From positions 12,648,001 through 12,712,000 of the forward strand of contig NC_135825.1 in the NCBI RefSeq assembly GCF_964213995.1: 64,000 nt of DNA, read 5' to 3'. This stretch comes from Mustelus asterias. Taxonomy: Eukaryota. Below the pieces are notes generated by a model, which was not told the origin of the DNA, did not search any database, and saw nothing but the letters and a program-made list of their open reading frames with translations. Below, piece after piece: positions 1-12,100 of this stretch (the first letter of the stretch is position 1; each line of letters opens with the position of its first letter). The translations under genes were made by a program, and so were the position numbers.

Positions 1-90
1 CAAGCCAACAGTAACATATGTACATCCTTGTAGTACTGGCCAGACCCTGGCTCAATACTATCCAGTGGGAACCAACGATGGTTCACCACA
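1..90 (-). mobile_element. LTR (family LTR-A), truncated by the window edge, apparently inserted in a V-SINE
   Basis: Matches 40560-40647 and ends ...ggttcaccaca (TGTGG terminus on -). The SINE 3' part follows immediately at 91. Confidence 0.7.
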
Positions 91-679
91 GCCATGCAAA
101 ATTCTCCCTCAGTGTACCCGGACAGGTGCCGGAGTGTGGCGACCAGGAGATTTTCACAGCAACTTCGTTCCAGTGTTAATGCAAACTGTCTTGTGGCACA
201 GATAAATAAACTTAAAACTTATTGCCTGTTTCTTCAATAAAATCATCGCAGGTGGAGAAATTATCTCAGTTTGCCATGTGACACGATTACCAGGTTGCAC
301 AGCGAAATCATGAACAACAACGCTACTCCTCACATGGTCACCTGTCCCTGACTGTTCAGTCACTCCTATTAACCCATTCACCTTTTGTCACTATTAACAA
401 CCTTCATGCCTTATTGGCACCATTAACACTCCGCTTTGCCTTAAGTCCATGACCTTGGTCAATATTTCCTTTGCCCCAGTTGTTTAAGGGTGCCACAGTG
501 GCTCAGTGGTTAGCACTGCTGCCTCACAGCGCCAGTAAAACCTATTTACTTTCCTCATGCCTGCTGAAGCAGCAGGTTAATTTTCTGCATCTCAGGTACA
601 AGGACACCCAAGTCTCACTGAACACCAACATTTAATACTTTGTCGCCAGTCAAAAAATATTCATTTCTCTATCCTTCTT

Positions 680-2228
680 TCTGAAAGAAATGTCAGAGGT
701 AATAGCAGATGCGTTAGTGGTTGTTTATCAAAATTCGTTGGATTCTGGGGTAGTGCCGGCGGATTGGAAAACGGCTAATGTTACGCCGCTGTTTAAAAAA
801 GGAAATAGACAAAAGGCGGGTAACTACAGGCCGGTTAGCTTAACGTCTGTAGTTGGGAAAATGCTGGAATCCATCATTAAAGAAGAAATAGCAGGCCATC
901 TGGATAAGAATGGTTCGATTAAGCAGACGCAGCATGGATTCATGAGGGGAAAGTCGTGCTTGATGAACTTGTTGGATTTTTACGAAGATGTGACTAGTGC
1001 GGTTGACGGAGGGGAACCGGTGGTTGCGGTGTTTTTGGATTTCCTAAAGGCGTTTGATAAGGTGCCTCACAAAAGGTTGCTGAAGAAGATTGGGTCACAC
1101 GGAGTTGGGGGTAGGGTGTTAGCGTGGATTGGGGATTGGCTATCCGACAGGAAGCAGAGAGTCAGAATAAATGGGGGCTTTTCTGGTTGACGGATGGTAA
1201 CTAGTGGTGTGCCGCAGGGATCGGTACTGGGGCCTCAACTATTTACCATTTATATAGACGATCTGGAGGAGGGGACTGAGTGTAGGGTAACAAAGTTTGC
1301 AGACGACACAAAGATAAGTGGAAAAGTGAATCGTGTGGAGGGCGTAGAAGGTCTGCAGAGGGATTTGGACAGGCTGAGTGAGTGGGCGAGGATCTGGCAG
1401 ATGGAGTATAACGTTAACAAATGTGAGGTTATTCACTTTGGAGGAAATAATAGCAAATTGGATTATTATCTAAAAGGAAAAAAATTACAACATGCTACTG
1501 TGCAAAGGGACCTGGGGGTCCTTGTGCATGAGATGCAAAAACCCAGTCTGCAGGTGCAACAGGTGATCAAGAAGGCAAATGGGATGTTGGCCTATATCGC
1601 AAGGGGGATAGAATATAAAAGCAGAGATGTCTTGCTGCATCTGTACAGGGCATTGGTGAGGCCGCAGCTGGAATACTGTGTGCAGTATTGGTCCCCTTAT
1701 TTGCGGAAGGATATATTGGCCTTGGAGGGAGTGCAGAGAAGGTTCACCAGGTTGATACCAGAGATGAGGGGTGTTGATTATGAGGAGAGACTGAGCAGAT
1801 TGGGTTTGTACTCGTTGGAATTTAGAAGGCTGAGGGGGGATCTTATAGAGACGTATAAGATAATGAAGGGGCTGGATAGGGTAGAGGTGGAGAGATTCTT
1901 TCCACTTAGAAAGGAAGCTAGAACTAGAGGGCACAGCCTCAAAATAAAGGGGGGTCAGTTTAGGACAGAGTTGAGGAGGAACTTCTTCTCTCAGAGGGTG
2001 GTGAATCTCTGGAATTCTCTGCCCACTGAAGTGGTGGAGGCTACCTCGTTGAATATGTTTAAATCACGGATAGATGGATTCCTGATCGGTAAGGGAATTA
2101 GGGGTTATGGGGATCAGGCGGGTAAGTGGAACTGATCCACTTCAGATCAGCCATGATCTTATTGAATGGTGGGGCAGGCTTGAGGGGCTAGATGGCCTAC
2201 TCCTGCTCCTGTTTCTTATGTTCTTGTG
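680..2228 (+). mobile_element. 5'-truncated young CR1/HER1-like LINE (ORF2 reverse transcriptase and C-terminus plus 3' UTR), nested in an older antisense CR1
   Basis: ORFs 690-1190 and 1194-2135 share one frame split by a single TGA at an expected Trp. Motifs NYRPVSLTS, GVPQGSVLGP, KFADDTK, and a CR1-type tail ...tcttatgttctt. Confidence 0.92.
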
Positions 2229-2416
2229 TTTACCAAAATGGATAACTTCACATTTCTCCACATTATCCACCATTTGCTACCATCCTGCCCACTCACCTAG
2301 CCTGTCAATATCTCTTTGTAGACACTTTTATCCTCCTCACTGCTAACTTTCCCACTGAGCTTTGTATCATTGGCAAACATGGATAGGTTAGCCTCAACTC
2401 CATTATCTAAACCATC

Positions 2417-3736
2417 CAAAATTATGGAGTACTTCGAAAGGTTAGTCATGGCACGAATCAATTCCAGCCTCCCAGATTGCCTGTATCCACTACAGTTCGT
2501 CTATCGCTGCAACAAGTCCATAGCAGATGCCATTTCCTCGGCCCTGCACTCAACACTGGAACACCTAGATAACAAAGATACCTATGTCAGACTCCTATTT
2601 ATTGACTACAGCTCAGCCTCCAACACCATTATTCCTACGAAACTCATCTCCAAATGCCATGGCCTAGGCGTTGGCTGCTCCCTCTGTGACTGGATCCTGA
2701 ACTTCCTAACCCACAGACTACAATCAGTAAGGATAGGCAACAACACCTCCTCCACGATCATCCTCAACACCGGTGCCCCACAAGGCTGTGTTCTCAGCCC
2801 CCTACTATATTCTTTATACACCTATGACTGTGTGGCCAAATTTCCCTCCAACTCGATTTTCGAGTTTGCTGATGACACCACCGTAGTGGGTCGGATCCCA
2901 AACAATGACGAGACAGAGTACAGGAAAGAGATAAAGAATCTGGTGAATTGCGGAAATTTCTTCTTCGCAGAAGAACGGCAACAATAATCTCTTCCTCAAT
3001 GTCAGCAAAACGAGGAGATTGTCATCTCAGGAAGTGTAGTGGAGAACATGCCTCTGTTTACATCAACAGGGATGGAGTAGAAATGGTTGAGAGCTTCATA
3101 TTTTTAGGTGTCCAGATCACCAACAACCTGTCCTGGCTCCCCCTTGCTGACACTATAGTTAAGAAAGCCCACCAATGCCTCTACTTTCTCAGAAGACTAA
3201 GTAAATTTGGCATGTCAGCTACGACTCTCACCAACTTTTACAGATGCACCATAGAAAACGTTCTTTCTGGTTGTATCACAGCTTGGTATGGCTCCTGCTC
3301 AGCCCAAGACTGCAAGAAACTACAAAAGATTGTGAATGTAACCCAATCCACCATGCTAACCAGCCTCCCATCCATTGACTCGGTCTACACTTCCCGCTGC
3401 CTCGGCAAAGCAGCCAGCATAATTAAGAACCCCACGCACCCCGGACATTCTCTCTTCCACCTTTTTCCATCAGGAAAAAGATACAAAAGTCTGAGGTCAC
3501 GTACCAACCGACTCAAGAATAGCTTCTTCCCTGCTGCCGTCAGACTTTTGAATGGACCTATCTCGCATTAAGTTGATCTTTCTCTACACCCTAGCTATGA
3601 CTGTAACACTACATTCTGCACCCTCTCATTTCCTTCTCTATGAACAGTATGCTTTGTCTGCATAGCATGCAAGAAACAATACTTTTTACTGTATACTAAT
3701 CCATGTGACAATAATAAATCAACTCAAATCAAATCA
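2417..3736 (+). mobile_element. 5'-truncated Rex1/Babar-like LINE (RT region plus 3' UTR with (AAATC)n tail), frameshifted
   Basis: [46 protein letters not shown] motifs. Tail tgtgacaataataaatcaa... Confidence 0.85.
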
Positions 3737-3737
3737 A

Positions 3738-4046
3738 ACCAGTGGTTAGCATTGCTGCCTCACGGCGCCAAGGACCTGTGTTCAGTTCTGGCCTCAGGTC
3801 ACTGTCTGTGTGGAGTTTGCACATTCTCCTCGTGTCTGCGTGGGTTTCCTCCGGGTGCTCCGGTTTCCTCCCACAGTCCAAAGATGTGTGGGTTAAGTTG
3901 ATTGGCTATGCTAAATTGACCCTAGGCCCAGGGGAGTTAGCAGAGTAAGTATGTAGAGTTATGGGAATATGACCTGGGTGGGATTGTGGTCAGTGCAGAC
4001 TCAATGGGCCAAATGGCCTCCTTCTGCACTGTAACGATTCTATGAT
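3738..4046 (+). mobile_element. HE1-type V-SINE (tRNA-derived head, V core, CR1-like tail)
   Basis: gtggttagca...ggagtttgcacattctcc...gggtttcctccgggtgctccggtttcctcccacagtccaaagatgtg...ctgcactgt...attctatga. Confidence 0.85.
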
Positions 4047-4992
4047 CCTTGTGGCATCATCCAGTAACAGACACCCAAGTTGCAAATGATTCCCAATTGA
4101 TTTCAGGACTCCATTTTCTGTCCTTTTACAAATCCTCTCGTCATGAGAATATATAACCCAACACCATAAATAACTGGATGCAAATGTGTTGGGTATGATA
4201 CTGCATAAGAAGTGGTGGGACAGCTGGAACTGTGACTAATGGGGCTGGGAGAGATTGCAGCATCAATGTTACAAAACCTAAGAACAAGTGACAGATGGCC
4301 CAGTGAGGGAGGGGGAGGGAGGGGATTTGCATAGGAACAAAAAATGTAAGGGACATTTATAAAAAGGTTAAGATGGAAGAGAAAGATCACAGTTTAAAGT
4401 TGTTGAACTTAACATTGAGTCCTGAGGGCTACCCACCAAGCAGGGGTCAGAAAATTCCAGCCCTGATCTCCGTAATGCTAACCATGAAACTATTATCAAT
4501 TGTCAAAAAAAAAAGCATTTAGTTCACTAATGCCTATTAGGGAAGGAAACCTGCCATCCTTATCTGGTCAGACCTCCATGTGACTCCAGATTCACAGCAA
4601 TGTTGTTGACTCTTAAATGCCCTCTGAGTAGGTCCAGCAAGCTACTGAGTTCAAGGGCAGTTAGGAATGGGCAACAAGCGTTGCCTTGCCAATGATGCCC
4701 ACATCACATAGATAAAATTTTAAAAATCATTGTACTTTTCATGGATTAAGAAAGGTTTCCAGATTTTCTGACCCAATGGAGTCAGGCATTTGTTGGGATT
4801 TGGACATTGGAACCATTTCCAGGTCCAAACCCCATCCCATGTCGGCACTTGACTCCCAATGCAATGTTTTGCTTGGAAGGCCACTTTGTGGCCAGGGACA
4901 GCTCTCACTGACCAATCAAGGAGGGCAGATGGGTGGGTTCCCTACACTGGAGGGCCAGTAGGAGCCCCTCCGGCAGTGAGAGAGTGACTTAA

Positions 4993-5117
4993 AGGCAAAA
5001 TACTGCGGATGCTGGAATCTGAAACAAAAACAGAAGATGCTGGAAAATCTCAGCAGGTCTGACAGCTCCACAGATGTTGTTAGACCGTGTGAGGTTTTCC
5101 AGCATTTTCTGTTTTTG
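4993..5117. mobile_element. Short palindromic copy of a second PLE-like family (also at 37428-37525 and 52640-52746)
   Basis: aaaaacagaagatgctggaaaatctcag ... gaggttttccagcattttctgttttt inverted arms. Confidence 0.55.
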
Positions 5118-5977
5118 AGTGAGAGAGTGACAGCCTGATAAGGAGAGGGAGGATATCTTAAGATGCGGGCACCCTTTCTGTGGTTTTAAAGTGATCCAAT
5201 AAAAACTGCCCAGACTGTCCTCCATCTGCTGACTTGATTTGTCTGACTTTGGACAAGATGAGCTAATAAACCGACGCAATCTCATGAAACCTCCATGCCT
5301 CTATCTTCAGCCTAATGACCAATAATCTGTGTTGATTGTGGGATCAATAGTATTCAGGACACCAGGAATAACTCCCTTCCTCTTCCTTGTAATAATTTTA
5401 CATCCATCTCAGAGGGCAGCGTGAGACCTCTTGTTGCACACATCCCAAAAAAAAAAGCACGTCCCACAATGCCACATTGGAGTGTCAGCCTCGCTTTCTG
5501 TGCTCAGATCCTGGAGTGAAAACCAGAGCTCTCTGACTCCGATGTGAGGACACTGCAACTGAGCCGCAGCGCGTGGATTTTGTTTTCTGAAAACTCCAAT
5601 CAAGGGTATCGAAATTGTGCCTGATCGGAATTTGGACAAATTATCCCAAGCAGGAAAATGGCGAGAAGCAAATGAACTGGATCACAAAGCACATCTTATG
5701 TACAGAATTTAAATGATTTAATAGAGATTGCAAAAGCTGTACAGTTTTGACACTGCTTGCAGCAGTCGTTCTGTTCCCAACAATTAAACAGTTGATCCAA
5801 TTCTTCAAACAACACTAAGAGAACAATTAGACTTTTATATAGCGGCCGAGTGTTGTACCATGAATGCAGTGGTACTTATTTATTCAAACTAGACATGCTG
5901 TAAGGTCTGAGGGTGTCACAACTGAAAACTGTCCTTTCTATTCTCAGCTTTTGCCATGATTGTGATCTCACAAGAGC

Positions 5978-5995
5978 TAAAGGGAAGGAAATGAC
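5978..5995 (+). promoter_or_regulatory. Candidate Ets/PU.1-type site upstream of gene 1
   Basis: Purine-rich aaagggaaGGAAatg about 90 bp before the ATG. Motif match only. Confidence 0.25.
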
Positions 5996-6077
5996 TGGTT
6001 AGATGCTGCAGTGCAGAAACAGGGTCACTGAAGTAAAGATCTGTGTCCGCAAAGTGGAATTGTAGAACGTTGAAACA

Positions 6078-6117
6078 ATGGGTTCTACCCTTCTCCTGTC
6101 CATTGCTTTCCTATCAG
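6078..6117 (+). CDS. Gene 1 exon 1, signal peptide (MGSTLLLSIAFLS)
   Basis: Good Kozak context aacaATGg, in-frame TAG upstream at 6063-6065, hydrophobic leader, donor TCAG|gtaaga in phase 1. Confidence 0.8.
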
Positions 6118-9100
6118 GTAAGAATGTATTTGAAAGGATGTGATTGCACTGGAAGGGGTGCAAAGGAGATGCTGCCTGGGATGGAACATTTAAGTTATGA
6201 AGAGAGATTGGATAGGCTTGGGTTGTTTTCATTGGAGCAGAGAAGGGGCGACTTGATCAAGGTGTACAGGATTGTGAGGGTCGTGGACAGAGTGGATATG
6301 GAGCACCTGTTCCCCTTAGTTGAAGGGTCAGTCACGAGGGGACATAGGTTCAAGGTGAGGGGCAAGAGGTTTAGGGGGAAATGTGAGGAAAAGCTTTTAT
6401 ACCCAGAGGGTGGTGACGGTCTGGAATGCGCTGCCTGGGAGGGAGGGTTGCCCTCACATCCTTTAAAAAGTACCTGGATAAGCACTTGGCACATCATAAC
6501 ACTCAGGGCTATGGGCCAAGTGCTGGCAGATGGGATTAGCTGGGGGTTCAGGTGTTTCTAATGTGTCGGTGCAGACTCGAAAGGCCTCTTCTGCGCTGTA
6601 TAATTCTATGATTCTATGTTCTCCTTTGGATTGTTGAAAGCAAAAGAAATATATAGTTGCGTCAGTCTAGCCCGAAATGAAAACCTTGTGACATCAAGTC
6701 AGCTGTTGAGAAATATCCTTCTGCTTTGAAAAGCGATGTTATTTTTCGAGATCAGCATTAATTGTCTTTAGGGAAAAAGATTTTTAAAAATACCTCTCCT
6801 ATTTCACAAAATAAATAATACAGCTCAATCTCAGTTTAACAAACTCTAACCACCTGATCGAACAATAATTTCCTTTAGTTTTGATTGGTGTGAGGCTAGG
6901 AGTTCAGACCTGGACGGAGAGAATTTTATGATCAGGCAAGATTGTTTTTCTGAATTTGTAATAATGGGACTTTATACCTTGAGCTCACCAAACCTCTTTA
7001 AGTGAACCGACTTGTTCAGTCCATCATTCTGATTAGTCATAAAATTTTACTTCGTAAATCAGTTGAGTCGTATCAATGAGTGTCAGAACGCAGTAATTTT
7101 CTTAATCTCAATGTATTTGCAAAATGAATGAGAATATTAATTGGGAGTAAGATATTATATTGTAATCATTTGATTTGAAATCTGTTGAATGCCACATTCC
7201 CTGTGACTTCCACAAATGCCAAAGCAGAGCAGGGCAAAGTTTTTAAACTTAAAGGGTGGCACGGTGGCACAGTGGTTAGCATTGCTACCTCATAGCACCA
7301 TAGTCCCCAATTCAATTCCGGCCTCGGGTCACTGTCTGTGAGGAGTTTGCACATTCTCCCCGCGTCTGCATGGGTTTCCTCTGGGTGCTCCGGTTTCCTC
7401 CCACAGTCAAAAGATGTGCTGGTTAGGTTGATTGGCCATACTAAATTAACCCTAGCGTCAGGGGATTAACAGGGTAAATATGTGGGGTTACGGGAATAGG
7501 GCCTGGGTGGGATTGTGGTCAGTGCAGGTTCGGTGGGCTGAATGGTCTCCTTCTGCACTGTAGGGACTCTATGATTCTACTCTATAAGCAGTCAAAAAGG
7601 TTTCTAAAATTTATAGTTTTTAACCGATATTAATAATGTTGAGATTTTAACCACCAACAAACGGACGATGTGGTGACAAAATCTGACCAGGTGAGAAATC
7701 CCTGTCTTTGGAGATCGTACAGACATGTCACCATGTATATAAACTGAGCAACGCAGTCTGATAATCATGTTGATTAACAGGAGAATTTCAACCCCTTATG
7801 AGTTAAATAGGCAGAATCGTACAACTCATCAGTGAAACCATTGCATGCTTTGAACTAGAGTTCTGACTGATTTATTTTAAAGACTGTTTTTTTAAGTAAT
7901 GAAATATTTGTACGACAGATGCAAAGTCCTCGTTGTTTATATTTCGCACCATTGGGATATACTCAACACCACCAACAAACAGAGGACGCCATTTTGCCTC
8001 CATTCCAGCCTTCTACCTGCCTGGGGGGGATGTTCCCCCATCTCCCGACACCCTCCCGTCCCTTTCCAGCGTGGTATTCCAAGACCTCTGCCAGAAATTG
8101 AATTCTGACAATTACGTCAAAGAACCCCCCACCCCACCCCCACCACTCCCTGCATTGGATGGTTTGCACTGCCATATTTCCCTGCCCAACCACATAAACC
8201 AGCTGGGAAGCCCCGTGGACCAGAAGATATGAGTCGCAATTGTGGCCTAAAGAGAATGGCACACACATACATTGTGTCTTCACAATACTTTCTCTATTAT
8301 TCTTGGCTCTTCCACTGACATCTAAATGTAAGTGGGATCAATTCTACTGTACGAAGGACATAAAACATTGTTTATAAAGTTTATTTATTAGTGTCACAAG
8401 TAGGCTTACGTTAACACTGCAATGAAGTTACTGTGAAAATCCCCTAGTTTTTCACACTCCGGCACCTGTTCCGGGGGGGGGGGGATTTAGCATGGCCAAT
8501 GCACCTAACCAGCACGTCTTTCGGACTGTGGGAGGAAACCGGAGCACGCGGAGGAAACTCACACAGACAACGTGTAACTCCACACAGACAGTGACCCAAG
8601 CCAGGAATCGAACCCGGGTCGCTGGCGCTGTGAGTAGTGCTAACCACTGGAAGACCCTGCCAGCGACCAACGACATGCCATCTTTGTCATCGCAAACCCG
8701 GCATTGGGGGTTCAGAAAATCCCAGAGCCAAGGACTATCTCACCACAAAGTAAAAAACAAACAGAAACTACCCCAGAGACATCATCAATGTGCATTGTAA
8801 GGATAACACAGGATGTCTCATCGAATCATAGAATCCCTGCAGTGCAGAAAGAGACCATTTGGCCCATCACGTCTACGCTGACTCTCCAACAGAGCACCTT
8901 ACCCAGGCCCACCCTCTGCCCTATCCCCATAACCGTACATATTTACCCGACTAATACCCATAACCTACACACCCTGAGACACAATTTAGCATGGCCAATC
9001 CACCTAACCTGCACACCTTTGGGAAGAAGGCCACACAGACATAGGGAGAATGTACAAGCTTCACACAGTCACCCAAGGCTGGAATTGAACCCGGGTCCCT

Positions 9101-12100
9101 GGCGTTGTGAAGCAGCAGTGCTAACCACTGTGCCACCATGTCACCCCATCAAGAGGCTTTGTCAGGAATGTGTAGAGGTAAAGTTAAGGTGTCAGAGGTA
9201 GTGTACAAACCTCCAAACAACCCATCTACCCAACCGTTGGAGCAGCACCTGTCCCACATGTGGCAGAGTCTGCAGATCACACACTGGACTTATCAGCCAT
9301 CAGAAACCCATGGAACCAAAGTGGAAACAAGTCATCCTCAATCCAGTGGGACTGCCTTAGAAAGTGCAGATAATACACCGTTCTCTGGTGCTCCTGCAAA
9401 CTCCTCAGATTGTACCTTCTCATAGGCCATGTTAGCCTGTGACAGTACATTCACCAGCCATTATTACAGTCTGGCACATCAACGTCTGACTCCAACACGG
9501 ATGTGAATGTTATAATCGACTACACAAACAGTCTCACTTCTTGTTTGTTGAACCCAATAAGAGGAAATCTGAGAATGCTTCAGAAGGAACAAACCGTTCT
9601 GCAAAACACCACCACAATGTTCTAGACCACACCAAGCAAAGCCTTCTCGGTGCACTTCCCCACAAAAACTGTAAAAATGCACCAATTCTTTGCTGTTTCG
9701 TTTCTTCCCACTCTTTCCACCCCAACCCTCGGGTCTCTTCCCTCAGAGCCAGATCAATCATTCTGGATCTGTCTCTGCTCCCTCCCTCCCACCGAACTCT
9801 GCTTCCACTATATTAGTTCCAGTCCCTTCTTCACAGCAAGATGGCTTCAGCCCTTTTCTCCTATTCGTCTGAAGTCTTACGTCCTGCTACAACGTACCTT
9901 CTCACCCATCTCTCAGCTGGATAAAGTGCAATGTAAACAGGCTTATCAGCAATTTTAATTAAGTTTAAGTTTAAGTTTATTTATTAGTGTCAACACTGCA
10001 GTGAAGTTACTGTGAAAATCCCCTAGTCGCCACACTCCGGTGCCTGTTTGGGTACACTGAGGGAGAACTTAGCCAGATCAATGCGCACTGGCAGCATAGA
10101 TAGTGAGTGACGGGGAACAGGGCAGTGGTGAACAGTTAAAGGAACGTGATTTTCCATGATCTTCCATGATTTTTCCATGATTTTCTAAGTTATTTAACGA
10201 ATTGGAGGAAGGTATATAGTGGGGTTTCCCAGTGGTCAACATTAACTCACTACATTTTTTGATTTTATATTAATGACCCAGATTTAGTTGCGACAAGCAC
10301 AATTTCAAAAGTTGCAGATGAACACAAAACTTGGAAGCATTGTAAACTGTGAGGAGGATAGTGATAGACATCAATAAGACAGAGATGTTGTGGTGAAAGG
10401 GGCAGGCAAGCGACAAATGAAATTTAAGGCAGAAAAGTGGGAAGTGATTCGTTTTGGGAAGAAGAACAAAGAGAGACAACGTAAAATAAAGAATACAGTT
10501 CGAAAGATAACGCAGGAACTGAAGGCACTGTTGCTAAGTTTGCAGATGATACAAAGATATGTAAAGGGACAGGTCATATTGAGGAAGCAGGGGGGCTGCA
10601 GAAGGACGTGGACTGGTTAGGAGAGTGGGCAAAGAAGTGGCAGGTGGAATACAATGTGGAAAAGTGTGAGGTTATGCACTTTGGAAGGTGGATTGGAGCC
10701 ATAGTCTATGTTCTAAATGGGGAAATGTTTAGGAAATCAGAAATCACAAACGAAATTGGGAGTCCTTGTTCAAGATTCTCTTAAGGTTAACGTGCAGGTT
10801 CAGTCAGCAGTTAGGAAGGCAAATGCAATGTTAGCATTCATGTCGAGAAGGCTAGAACTCAAGAATAGGGATGTACTTCTGAGGCTGTATAAGGCTCTGG
10901 TCAGACCCCATTTGGAGTATTGTGAGCAGTTTTGGGCCCTGTATTGGAAGGATATGTTGGCCTTGGAAAGGGTCCAGACGAGGTTCACAAGAATGATCCC
11001 TGGGATGAAGAGCTTGTCGCATGAGGAACGGTTGAGGACTCTGGGTCTGTACTCGTTGGAGTTTAGAAGGTTGAGGGGGGGATCTTATTGAAACTTACAG
11101 ATACTGTGAGGCATGGATAGAGTGGACGTGGAGAGGATGTTTCCACTAGGAGGAAAAATTAGAACCAGAGGGCACTACCTCAGGTGAAAGGGACGATCCT
11201 TTAAAACAGAGATGAGGAGGAATTTCTTCAGCCAGAGTGGTGAATCTGTGGAACTCTTTGCCGCAGAAGGCTGTGGGGGCCAGGTAATTGAGTGTCTTGA
11301 AGACAGAGATAGATAGGTTCTTTATTAATAAGGGGATCAGGAGTTATGAGGAAAAGGTAGGAGAATGGGGATGAGAAAAATGTCAGCCATGATTGAATGG
11401 CGGAGTAGACGCGATGGGCCGAGTGGCCTAATTCTGTTCCTATGTCTTATGGTCTTACAGGAGCATAGGACCTGGGGGTAAATGAGCACAAATCATGTGA
11501 CAATGTTGATTGAGGAAGCGGTTGAAAGGCCATACAGGATCCTGATCTCTTTAATTCCAGGCATAATGTACCACAGCAAGAAGGTTATGGTCAACCTCTG
11601 GGAAACACTGGTGCAGCCTCAATTCAAGTCCAATTCCGGGAGCCACACTTTGGAAAGGACAGGGAGATGCTGGAAAGAATGCAGAGAACATTAACAAGAA
11701 TGTTCCCAGGGATTAGTGACTTCAGTCGCATGGATAAATTGGAGAAGGTTCTGCTTAGAGGAGATTGAGAAGAGGTGCTCAAAATCATGAGGGGTCTCGA
11801 CAGAGCACAAGTGGAGAAATTGTACCCATTGGTGCAAACGTTGATGAATGGCTGAATGACATGGCATGAACCATGTTTACGCAGTGAGTGGTTGGGATCT
11901 GGGGTGCACCAGTTGACAGCTGGTGGAGGCAGATTCAATCATAGTTTCCAAAAGGAAATTGGGTAACTATCTGATTAGAAAAAAATTGCAGGACTATGAG
12001 GTCAGCGTGGAGGTGGAGGACTAGCTGAGTTGTTCTCACAGGGAGCCAGAATTGTCATGATGGGCTGAATGAAGTCCTTCAGTGCTGCAATTATTCCGCA

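Noticed and set aside
690-3571. Long RT ORFs as possible host or domesticated genes
   Set aside because: 5'-truncated LINE copies with a stop or frameshift and LINE-type tails.
6003-6065. 20-codon upstream ORF before gene 1
   Set aside because: The transcription start is unknown, so it may not be in the mRNA. Used only as evidence of an in-frame upstream stop.
7253-7330. tRNA-like A/B-box sequences (also at every other SINE head)
   Set aside because: They continue directly into SINE bodies and I could not fold a complete cloverleaf, so they are not called tRNA genes.
7899-8283. Overlapping short ORFs in apparently non-SINE sequence
   Set aside because: No recognisable domain or splice support. 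Possibly a decayed repeat that I cannot classify.
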